From assembly GCA_937770485.1 (NCBI GenBank), contig CALJHX010000005.1:604-64603 (forward strand): a DNA stretch of 64,000 nt. Reading direction: 5' to 3'. The translations under genes were made by a program, and so were the position numbers. Source of the DNA: an uncultured Verrucomicrobiae bacterium. Its GTDB lineage: Bacteria; Verrucomicrobiota; Verrucomicrobiia; Limisphaerales; UBA1096. Position 1 is the stretch's first letter, and the number at the start of each line of letters is the position of its first letter. The notes below the pieces were generated by a model. The model had not been told where the DNA came from, ran no database searches, and saw only the letters and a program-made list of their open reading frames with translations. Positions 47,826 to 55,646 of this stretch are shown here, in pieces.

Positions 47826-48217
47826 AGATTCGACTTGAGAGAGTTGATGGCACAGCGGCGGGCGATCCAATAGAGGCCCGCCGTTTTCCTTTTACGCTTG
47901 GCCAAGCGAAGAGTTGCGATTTCCAGATCGTAGCCAAGGGCGTTTGGGATACACACCTGATACTGGACAATGCCGGCGAAAAAGGGATTACAGCCACCCC
48001 CATCTCCGACGCATTGATTATGATCAACGGCGTCTCCCAAGGCAAAACTGTTCGATTGAAACACGGCGATCTATTAGGATTGGGCGCGGCGAAGCTTCGG
48101 TTTTGGCTGGCGCCGCTTGGCCAAACAGACCGCTCAGTATCTGAAGCTTTGATTTGGATCGCCTTGCTCTTGCTGGGTCTGGGTCAGGTGGCCGCGATTG
48201 CCTGGCTCTTAAAATAA
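47822..48217 (+). CDS. FHA-domain protein with a C-terminal TM helix
   Basis: FTLGQAKSCDFQI..HLIL..GITATP..INGV..VRLKHGDLLGLGAAKLRFW FHA pattern. TTG start overlaps the Wza stop. Confidence 0.6.
   Translation: MKIRLERVDGTAAGDPIEARRFPFTLGQAKSCDFQIVAKGVWDTHLILDNAGEKGITATPISDALIMINGVSQGKTVRLKHGDLLGLGAAKLRFWLAPLGQTDRSVSEALIWIALLLLGLGQVAAIAWLLK
47895..47908. repeat. Iterated palindrome CGCTTGGCCAAGCG (14-mer)
   Basis: Exact, in the FHA-domain CDS, read as LGQA. Confidence 0.95.
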
Positions 48218-48414
48218 GACTTACAAGCCATTGGATCCCATTGGTTTAAGGCTTATTAAATAACGAGCAACCGGTGGCGTTATACTAAAAAAAGAATAGT
48301 CGATTGACAGTCGAATTTAATCGTGAAACAATCGAGAGCTGTCCTGCGTAAACAGCAGGACTCCTTCTTGAGTCATGATGTGGAGTGTGTCTTCACCTGA
48401 TTGAGGTTAACGGA

Positions 48415-48810
48415 ATGGCAAAAGCACAAACCAAAAAAAACGTAGTCAAAAAAACAGCCACAAAAAAGGCACCGGCCAAAAAGGCCAAAAAACCCGCGCA
48501 ATCCGAAGCGACTGGCGCGAAGAAAAAAACAGCCGCAGAAAAAACAGCAAAACCACCGTCCAAAAAACCGGTCAGCAAGGTAGTCAAAAAACCGGCAGCC
48601 AAAAAGGTATCACCGAAAAAAACCGCTTCAAAAGCGACCACAGAAAAGAAGGCGCCGGCCAAGAAACCGGTGGCCAAGAAACCGGTGGCCAAGAAACGGT
48701 GGCCAAACAAACGGTCAAGCCGGCTTCCAAGTCTCCGTCCAAAAAAACCCCGCCCAAGAAAGCGGGAAAGAAAGCCACGCCCAAGGAAACCAAGGCCGGG
48801 AAAAAGGTAA
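48415..48810 (+). CDS. Lys/Ala/Pro-rich ORF, probably the frameshifted N-terminal extension of RpoD
   Basis: ATG 48415 is preceded by TGAGGT (an SD-like sequence). KKxAxKK repeats continue in the rpoD frame after nt 48699. The join needs one extra C in the third 15-bp repeat. Confidence 0.45.
   Translation: MAKAQTKKNVVKKTATKKAPAKKAKKPAQSEATGAKKKTAAEKTAKPPSKKPVSKVVKKPAAKKVSPKKTASKATTEKKAPAKKPVAKKPVAKKRWPNKRSSRLPSLRPKKPRPRKRERKPRPRKPRPGKR
48646..48704 (+). repeat. Four tandem 15-bp units (AAGAAxxCGxxGGCC), the last unit 14 bp
   Basis: aagaaggcgccggcc / aagaaaccggtggcc / aagaaaccggtggcc / aagaaacggtggcc, encoding [17 protein letters not shown].. Confidence 0.9.
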
Positions 48811-50531
48811 TCTCGCCGCCTGCTGGTGAAAAGAATGAGAGTGCCAATCAAGAAGTGTTGGTCGATAGACTGCCTCCGGAGCCGGATTTCACCAAGGAAG
48901 AGGAATTCAACTTAAAGGAAAAAATCAAGGAGTTGGTTCACTTGGCCCAGGATCAGGGTCACCTGACCATTTCCGACGTCAACGAGGCTCTACCCAAGGA
49001 TTTGGTGACTCCTGAGAAACTGGATGAGGTTTTCGCCAAGTTGAAAAGTCTTGAAGTGGAGATTGTCGAGCAGTTGGATTCGGCACCCCGCCAAAAGCCG
49101 GTCGAGTCAGCGAGCGAGGCCGAAAAAAGCCGGCTGGATATTCTTGACGACCCGGTTCGCATGTACCTCAAGCAGATGGGGCAGGTGCCGCTGTTAACCC
49201 GTGAGCAGGAGGTGGAGATTTCCAAGCGAATCGAGGCTGCCGAACTTGAGGTTAAGCGCATCCTGTACAGCTTGGGCTTCACCGCCAAGGAGCATATTGC
49301 TCTGGCCGAAAAGCTGACAGCCGATCCCCCCAAGGAGCGGTTCGACCGGGTTACGATCGACAAGGTCATCGAGACCCGAGAGAAACACATCAAAGCGCTT
49401 CATCGTCTCATCAAAAAGGTGAGGGAGGAAGACAGCGAAGTGGACAAAAAATATCTGGCTTGGCGCCGCGCCGCCAAGGCCAAGTCGAAGAAGGCTTGCG
49501 CAGTCTTCGAGCAACTGAACGACAAGTTGCAGAAAAACTTCCCGAAGTTTTTGTTTAAACAAAAGGTCATCGAGGAAATGGGACTGGTTGCGGATAACAT
49601 CCACGACAAAATGCAGCAGAACCTCCTAGCCATCGAGAAGTTGAAAAAGGCTTCAAAGTCGTCTCAAACCGATATGATGCTCAGGGGCGAGGAAGGCAAG
49701 CTCACCGCCCTCGAGGCATTCGTCCGGAAGCCGGCCGAGGACTACCTCACGACCTACGAGGAACTCCAGCACTTCGCCAGAAAGGCGCATCAGGCCAAGA
49801 GCGAAATGATCGAGGCCAACCTGCGCCTAGTTATTTCCATCGCCAAGAAATACACCAACCGCGGACTGTCCTTCCTCGATCTCATCCAGGAGGGTAACGT
49901 CGGCTTGATGAAGGCGGTCGAGAAGTTCGAATACCGCCGCGGTTACAAGTTCTCCACCTACGCCACGTGGTGGATCCGGCAGGCGATCACACGCTCGATC
50001 GCCGACCAGGCGCGCACCATACGCATCCCGGTGCACATGATCGAAACGATCAACAAGCTGATGCGCGTGCAGAAGCAGCTCGTGCAGCAATTCGGCCGAG
50101 AAGCCACCCCGGAGGAAATCGCCGTTGTGATGGAACTGACCGTCGAGCGGGTGCGTCAGATCATGAAAATGGCGCAGCAGCCCATCTCGCTGCAGGCGCC
50201 GGTCGGCGACAGCGAGGACACGAGCTTCGGCGACTTCATCGAGGACAAGAGCGCCGAGAACCCGACCGACATGGCGAGCTACGCCCTGCTAAAGGATCGG
50301 CTTGGCGACGTGCTGACCTCTCTCACCGAACGCGAGCGCAAAGTGCTCGAGCTGCGCTTCGGCCTAGCCGACGGCTACTCCCGCACCCTCGAAGAGGTGG
50401 GCAAACAGTTCAAGGTCACCCGCGAGCGCATCCGTCAAATCGAGGCCAAGGCCCTGAGGAAAATGCGCCACCCGACGCGTATCCGGCAGTTGTCCGGCTT
50501 TCTCGAGCGGGAGGAGTTTCTCGCCACATAG
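48699..50531 (+). CDS. rpoD: Primary RNA polymerase sigma-70 factor RpoD
   Basis: Region 1.2 [11 protein letters not shown], region 2 [27 protein letters not shown], region 4.2 [30 protein letters not shown]. The true N-terminus is uncertain. Confidence 0.92.
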   Translation: MAKQTVKPASKSPSKKTPPKKAGKKATPKETKAGKKVISPPAGEKNESANQEVLVDRLPPEPDFTKEEEFNLKEKIKELVHLAQDQGHLTISDVNEALPKDLVTPEKLDEVFAKLKSLEVEIVEQLDSAPRQKPVESASEAEKSRLDILDDPVRMYLKQMGQVPLLTREQEVEISKRIEAAELEVKRILYSLGFTAKEHIALAEKLTADPPKERFDRVTIDKVIETREKHIKALHRLIKKVREEDSEVDKKYLAWRRAAKAKSKKACAVFEQLNDKLQKNFPKFLFKQKVIEEMGLVADNIHDKMQQNLLAIEKLKKASKSSQTDMMLRGEEGKLTALEAFVRKPAEDYLTTYEELQHFARKAHQAKSEMIEANLRLVISIAKKYTNRGLSFLDLIQEGNVGLMKAVEKFEYRRGYKFSTYATWWIRQAITRSIADQARTIRIPVHMIETINKLMRVQKQLVQQFGREATPEEIAVVMELTVERVRQIMKMAQQPISLQAPVGDSEDTSFGDFIEDKSAENPTDMASYALLKDRLGDVLTSLTERERKVLELRFGLADGYSRTLEEVGKQFKVTRERIRQIEAKALRKMRHPTRIRQLSGFLEREEFLAT

Positions 50532-50545
50532 GCTGAAATCACAAA

Positions 50546-50576
50546 AAGCCCTTCCACAGGAAGGGCTTTTTTGTTT
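50546..50576 (+). terminator. Intrinsic terminator after rpoD
   Basis: AAAGCCCTTCC-ACA-GGAAGGGCTTT followed by a T-run. Confidence 0.8.
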
Positions 50577-50594
50577 CCCCTTGGGGAAGCGCAC

Positions 50595-51299
50595 GTGGAG
50601 AATGTAACCGACATCCCCCGATCCGAAGACCTGTTTGGATTTGGCAAAACGGAGCACGCGAGCTTGTTTGACTCGCTTGGAGAACCGTGGGAGGTGCTGC
50701 CGCGAATCGGCGCCTATCTGCGCGACACACTTGAGCCACGGCAGCTTGGCCAGGCGCACAGCCAGGCGGTGATCGAGGGCGACGTGTTCATCGGCGAAGG
50801 GACGTTGATCGAGGCCGGTGCGCTGATCTGCGGCCCGGTTTGGATCGGGAAAAACTGCCGCATCGGCCACTGCGCAACGCTGCGCGGCAACGTCATCGTT
50901 GGCGACGGCTGCGTCGTCGGCCACGCCGCCGAGCTGAAAAACTCGCTGCTCTTCAGCGGCTGCAATGTGCCGCACTTTAACTATGTCGGCGACTCGGTGC
51001 TGGGCCACCGCGTCCATCTTGGCGCCGGAGTGATGCTCTCCAACTACCGACTCATCCGCGGCAACGTAAACGTCCGCGCGGCTTCCGGGCCAGTGGACAG
51101 CGGCTTGGCCAAGTTCGGCGCGTTGATCGGCGACCGAACCGAGATCGGCTGCAACACGGTTCTCAACCCTGGCTCGATCATTGGCCGTGACTGCGTGCTG
51201 TACCCGAACGTCAACTTTACCGGCGTGCTGCCGGCCGGGCGTTTGGTCAAAAATAAAACCGAGTTGGCCATCATCGAAAAACGAGAGGTCGACGAGTGA
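50595..51299 (+). CDS. Left-handed beta-helix (hexapeptide-repeat) transferase-family protein, GlmU C-terminal-like
   Basis: Repeated [LIV]G-x4 hexapeptides (IGEGTLIEAGALICGPVWIGKNCRIGHCATLRGNVIVGDGCVVGH..). The start is uncertain because the listed start lies inside the rpoD terminator. Confidence 0.6.
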   Translation: MENVTDIPRSEDLFGFGKTEHASLFDSLGEPWEVLPRIGAYLRDTLEPRQLGQAHSQAVIEGDVFIGEGTLIEAGALICGPVWIGKNCRIGHCATLRGNVIVGDGCVVGHAAELKNSLLFSGCNVPHFNYVGDSVLGHRVHLGAGVMLSNYRLIRGNVNVRAASGPVDSGLAKFGALIGDRTEIGCNTVLNPGSIIGRDCVLYPNVNFTGVLPAGRLVKNKTELAIIEKREVDE

Positions 51300-53386
51300 T
51301 TAGCTTCGTGGACGAGGAACAGGGTGCCGGCTTGGACTTGGTCGCCGAGACCGAGACGTTTTTTTCCGACAGCGGCCTGTTGTCGAAGGCCAGGAATTTC
51401 GAGTTCCGCTGCGAGCAACAGCAGATGGCCGTGGCTGTAGCCAAGGCATTGAAGGGCAATGAGCATCTCATCGTCGAGGCCGGCACAGGCGTCGGCAAAA
51501 GCCTGGCCTACCTCGTCCCGGCCATCTTTCACGCTGTCAGCCAAAACAAAAAAGCCGTCATCTCGACACACACGATCAACCTACAGGAGCAGCTCACCGA
51601 GAAGGATCTGCCGATGCTCAAGCAGGTGTTGCCGGTCGAGTTTTCGTTCACGATGCTCAAGGGCCGAGGCAACTACCTCTGCACGCGGCGGCTCCAGCGC
51701 GCACGCCAGCAGGCGGCGACGCTGCTGACCTCCTCCGAGATGGCGGAGCTTGCGCGCATCACTGAGTGGGCGAAGGAGACGACCGACGGCAGCCTGTCTG
51801 ACTTCGACATCACGCCCGACCCGAAGGTGTGGGACTTGGTGAACTCCGAGCGCGGGCTTTGCTCGACGAAACTTTGCGGCCATAGCTCTGACATCGCCAA
51901 AATGGGCCAGACCTGTTTTTTTCAGCGCGCCCGCGCCCGGATTCTTTCCGCCGATGTGCTGGTGCTGAACCACTCGCTGTTTTTCAGTTTGCTCGATGAC
52001 GACGGCCGCGATGACGACGAGCCGAAAGAGGAGGAAGGCGTGCTTTTCAAAAACGACTTCGTGATTCTCGACGAGGCGCACAACGTCGCGCCGGTGGCGT
52101 CTAAGCACATGGGCTTGAGCGTCTCGAGCGGCCAAGTGCGGTTCAATCTGCAGCGGCTCTGGAACCCCAAGACCGGCAAGGGCCTGCTGGGGCTGCTGCG
52201 CGAGGCTAAGGCGACTCGGAACGTCGAGGACGCCTCGGCGGCGATGGAGCAATTTTTTGGTGAACTCGAGGTCGCCTGCGACGAGCTCAACGAAGTTCAG
52301 GCCAAGACGAGGAAATTCGGCGGGAACAATGTCCGCGCTTGGAAGGAGTTGCGCGTGCGCAACGCCGGCCTGATCGACGACACGCTGACACTGCCACTCC
52401 AGCGCGTGCGCGAGACGCTGGTGCAGGTGCGCGACGACACCGACGATGCCGACACCGGGCAGGAGTTGGCGGAGTTCAACCGGCGCGTCGGCGAGCTTCG
52501 CGAGGGAGTGAAGCTTTTCCTCTCGCAGGAGTCGGACGACCATGTTTACTGGGTGGAAAAGTCCGGCAAGGCCGGGACGATCCTGTCGCTGAACGCTGCG
52601 CCGGTGGATGTCGCGGTGCATTTGCGGCGGCGACTCTTTCGCTGCAACTCTCCGGTGGTGCTGACCAGCGCCACGCTCGCCCTGAGCGATTCGACCTCGG
52701 CCAAGGCCAAGGGCGGGCTCGACTATTTCGCCATCCAAGTCGGCGCGGAAAAGGTGAATGCCCTGCAGGTCGGTTCGCCGTTCGATTACGAACGGCAGAT
52801 GAAACTGTTCATCGCCGGCAAGATGCCCGACCCGCGCGAGCCGGAGTACCGCGACGCGTTGGCCAAGCAGCTACGACACTTTATCGAGTTGAGCGAAGGC
52901 CGCGCCTTTGTGCTGTTCACCAACTTCAAACTGATGCGCGAGGTGGCGGAGGAACTCGAGGGCTTCTTCGCCGGTCACGGCTGGGACTGTTTGGTGCAGG
53001 GCGCCGGTGTGCCGCGCTCGACGATGCTCGAGCGGTTCAAGCGCGACGAGCACTCGGTGTTGTTCGGCACGGACAGCTTTTGGCAGGGCGTCGATGTGCC
53101 GGGCGCCGCGCTGCAAAATGTCATCATCACGCGGCTGCCCTTTGCCGTGCCGGATCATCCGCTGGTCGAGGCGAAAATCGAGGCGATCGAGGCCCGAAAC
53201 GGCAATGCGTTCATGGAGTTTTCCCTGCCGGTGGCGGTGCTGAAATTCCGGCAGGGCGTCGGCCGACTCATCCGCACCAAGAGCGACGAGGGCATCGTCG
53301 TGGTACTCGACAGCCGAGTAATGACCAAGCGCTACGGCCAAATCTTTATCGATTCCCTCCCCAATTGCCCAACCGAAATCATGTAA
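51296..53386 (+). CDS. dinG: DinG/XPD-family ATP-dependent DNA helicase
   Basis: VEAGTGVGKSLAYL Walker A, four Cys of an FeS-like insert, ILDEAHNV, C-terminal GRLIRTKSDEGIVVVLD. Confidence 0.82.
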   Translation: MISFVDEEQGAGLDLVAETETFFSDSGLLSKARNFEFRCEQQQMAVAVAKALKGNEHLIVEAGTGVGKSLAYLVPAIFHAVSQNKKAVISTHTINLQEQLTEKDLPMLKQVLPVEFSFTMLKGRGNYLCTRRLQRARQQAATLLTSSEMAELARITEWAKETTDGSLSDFDITPDPKVWDLVNSERGLCSTKLCGHSSDIAKMGQTCFFQRARARILSADVLVLNHSLFFSLLDDDGRDDDEPKEEEGVLFKNDFVILDEAHNVAPVASKHMGLSVSSGQVRFNLQRLWNPKTGKGLLGLLREAKATRNVEDASAAMEQFFGELEVACDELNEVQAKTRKFGGNNVRAWKELRVRNAGLIDDTLTLPLQRVRETLVQVRDDTDDADTGQELAEFNRRVGELREGVKLFLSQESDDHVYWVEKSGKAGTILSLNAAPVDVAVHLRRRLFRCNSPVVLTSATLALSDSTSAKAKGGLDYFAIQVGAEKVNALQVGSPFDYERQMKLFIAGKMPDPREPEYRDALAKQLRHFIELSEGRAFVLFTNFKLMREVAEELEGFFAGHGWDCLVQGAGVPRSTMLERFKRDEHSVLFGTDSFWQGVDVPGAALQNVIITRLPFAVPDHPLVEAKIEAIEARNGNAFMEFSLPVAVLKFRQGVGRLIRTKSDEGIVVVLDSRVMTKRYGQIFIDSLPNCPTEIM

Positions 53387-53449
53387 TTTTTCCAGATTGG
53401 CTCGTTCGGGAATTGAACAGGCCGAAGGCCGGAGGCATCCTAAACAGCG

Positions 53450-55630
53450 ATGAGGGTCTGTTTTCTTGGTTTTATTTTTCTGCTGATATTTGCCGGCGAC
53501 CTCAACGCGCAGTTTGACGATCCGTTCGGTGCTGGCCAAGCGGGTGTGGCCAAGCCGGCGACTAGGGTCAAGTTGCTGTTGTCACACGATGCGGCCAAGC
53601 CGGGCATGACAGTGATGGCCGGGCTGGCGTTGACGATGGCCGATGGCTGGCACACGTACTGGATAAACCCCGGGGCGGCTGGCATTCCGACCGCAGTCGA
53701 GTGGACGCTGCCCAAGGGCGTGAGCGCCGGGTCGATCCAGTGGCCGGTGCCGGAGAAATTCATCGCGCTTGGCTCTACCGGTTACGGTTACCACGACAAA
53801 ACAATCCTGCTCGTGCCGCTTACCATTGCGGCTGACGCCGCGATTGGCCAAGCGACGATCTCCGGCAAAGTCAGTTGGCTCGAGTGCAAGGAAAGCTGCA
53901 TCCCGCGCGACCAGCAGGTGAGTGCAAAGCTGGTGATCGCGGGGACGGCCACGCTCTCGGCCGACGCCGCTGAGCTCGATGCGACAAAAAAGAAACTGCC
54001 GAAAGCCGATGTCAGGTTGGCCGTCAAGGCCTGGTGGGATGGCGCGGTCAAGGATGATGAACGGACATTGCTGATCGAGTTCGACGCGGGCCAAGCGGGT
54101 GCCGATGCCGATTTCTTTTCGATGCCAGCCAAGTCGTTCGACGTGTCGCCGGAGAGCGAAGTGACGGCCTCCGGCGCTGCAAAAGTTCGCATCAAAAAAA
54201 CGGTGATGAAGTTTGAGGGCGCTTGGCCAAGCGAACTCGCCGGCTTGGCCGTCCGAAACTTGAAAGATCACGGCAAGACGGAAGCGTTCGAGGTCAAGTT
54301 CCCGATCTTGGCTTCCGCATCGGCCGCGGCCGCAACGACCACAACACAAGCCCCGCCGCCCGCCACCGCCGACAAGTCGCTCTGGCGGATGTTGCTGTAC
54401 GCGTTCATCGGCGGTCTGATTTTGAACGTCATGCCGTGTGTGCTGCCGGTGATCTCGCTGAAGATTTTGGGGTTCGTGAATCAAAGCAAGGAGTCACCAG
54501 CGCGCGTGCGGCTGCTGGGGATGCTTTACGGCGCGGGGGTGGTCGTTTCGTTCTTGGTGCTGGCCGGTGTCGTAATTGGCGTGAAAAGCGCGGGTGAACT
54601 GGCGAGTTGGGGCATGCAAATGTCCAACCCGCAATTCGTTGTTTTACTGACCGTTCTCATCATGCTGGTGGCGTTGAATCTGTTCGGGCTGTTCGAGGTG
54701 ACGCTGGGCTCGGTGGGCGCTGCGGCCGGCTCGGTAGGGACGCGGGAGGGCGCGGGTGGCGCGTTTTTCAACGGTGTGCTGGCGACGGTTTTGGCGACGC
54801 CCTGCACGGCGCCATTCCTCGCGCCGGCGCTTGGCTTTGCCTTCACACAGACCGCCGCCGTGATCGTGCTGATGTTTGTCACCGTCGCGCTTGGCCTCGC
54901 GTTTCCGTATATCGCGCTGAGTTGGAATCCGAAGCTGCTGCGTTTCCTGCCCAAGCCGGGGCTGTGGATGGAGAAATTCAAAGTGGCGATGGGCTTCCCG
55001 ATGCTGGCTACGGCCGTGTGGCTATTCAGCGTGAGCATCGAATATTACGGCGGCCGGGTTTTGTGGTTCGGCATTTTTCTGACCGTGATCGCCATGGCTG
55101 CCTGGGTGTTCGGCGAGTTTTTTCAGCGTGGAACTGGGCGGCGCGGTTTGGCCCTGGGCATTGCCGGGGCGCTGACGCTTGGGGGGGTGGTGTTTGGGCT
55201 TGAGGGGCAAATGCAATGGCGCACCCCGACCGACCCGTTGGCGGCCAAGGCTGGCGTGGTGCAGGATTTCCCCGGCGGAATCCGCTGGCACCGCTGGTCG
55301 CCGGAAGCGGTGGCCAAGGCGCGAGAGGCGGGTCAACCGGTGCTGGTGGACTTCACGGCCAAGTGGTGTGCCACCTGTATTTGGAACAAAAAAACGAGCA
55401 TAGACATCGAGTCAGTGGGCGCCGTAATGGCCGATAAAAACTTCAAGGCGTTCCGGGCCGACTACACGCGGCGGCCGGATTACATCACCGAGGAATTGCG
55501 CGACCGGGGCAGGGCGGGCGTACCGCTCGTGTTGGTTTTCCCGGCGGACAAAACAAGGGGGCCCGAAATGCTCCCCGAGTTGCTGACCGCTGACACCGTC
55601 CTTAACGCCCTAAACGGAGCCGTCGACTGA
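53450..55630 (+). CDS. dsbD: Protein-disulfide reductase DsbD family
   Basis: Signal peptide, N-terminal WLECKESCIP domain, CcdA-like TM core with MPCVLPV, C-terminal thioredoxin WCATC. Confidence 0.85.
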   Translation: MRVCFLGFIFLLIFAGDLNAQFDDPFGAGQAGVAKPATRVKLLLSHDAAKPGMTVMAGLALTMADGWHTYWINPGAAGIPTAVEWTLPKGVSAGSIQWPVPEKFIALGSTGYGYHDKTILLVPLTIAADAAIGQATISGKVSWLECKESCIPRDQQVSAKLVIAGTATLSADAAELDATKKKLPKADVRLAVKAWWDGAVKDDERTLLIEFDAGQAGADADFFSMPAKSFDVSPESEVTASGAAKVRIKKTVMKFEGAWPSELAGLAVRNLKDHGKTEAFEVKFPILASASAAAATTTTQAPPPATADKSLWRMLLYAFIGGLILNVMPCVLPVISLKILGFVNQSKESPARVRLLGMLYGAGVVVSFLVLAGVVIGVKSAGELASWGMQMSNPQFVVLLTVLIMLVALNLFGLFEVTLGSVGAAAGSVGTREGAGGAFFNGVLATVLATPCTAPFLAPALGFAFTQTAAVIVLMFVTVALGLAFPYIALSWNPKLLRFLPKPGLWMEKFKVAMGFPMLATAVWLFSVSIEYYGGRVLWFGIFLTVIAMAAWVFGEFFQRGTGRRGLALGIAGALTLGGVVFGLEGQMQWRTPTDPLAAKAGVVQDFPGGIRWHRWSPEAVAKAREAGQPVLVDFTAKWCATCIWNKKTSIDIESVGAVMADKNFKAFRADYTRRPDYITEELRDRGRAGVPLVLVFPADKTRGPEMLPELLTADTVLNALNGAVD
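54220..54233. repeat. Iterated palindrome CGCTTGGCCAAGCG (14-mer)
   Basis: Exact, in dsbD, read as AWPS. Confidence 0.95.
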
Positions 55631-55632
55631 GC

Positions 55633-55646
55633 CGCTTGGCCAAGCG
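55633..55646. repeat. Iterated palindrome CGCTTGGCCAAGCG (14-mer)
   Basis: Exact. It fills almost the whole 16-nt gap between the convergent dsbD and M3 peptidase stops. Confidence 0.95.

Noticed and set aside
48421-48810. Repetitive Lys-codon-rich DNA, considered as a CRISPR-like or satellite array.
   Set aside because: The repeats are 15-bp in-frame coding units with no spacer structure. They are consistent with a low-complexity protein tail, not an array.
51581-53517. ORFs 51581..52738 (-, 385 aa) and 52339..53517 (+, 392 aa, alternate frame).
   Set aside because: They overlap the DinG-like helicase, whose frame carries all the helicase motifs. Their translations are Arg/Ala/Gly-rich nonsense.
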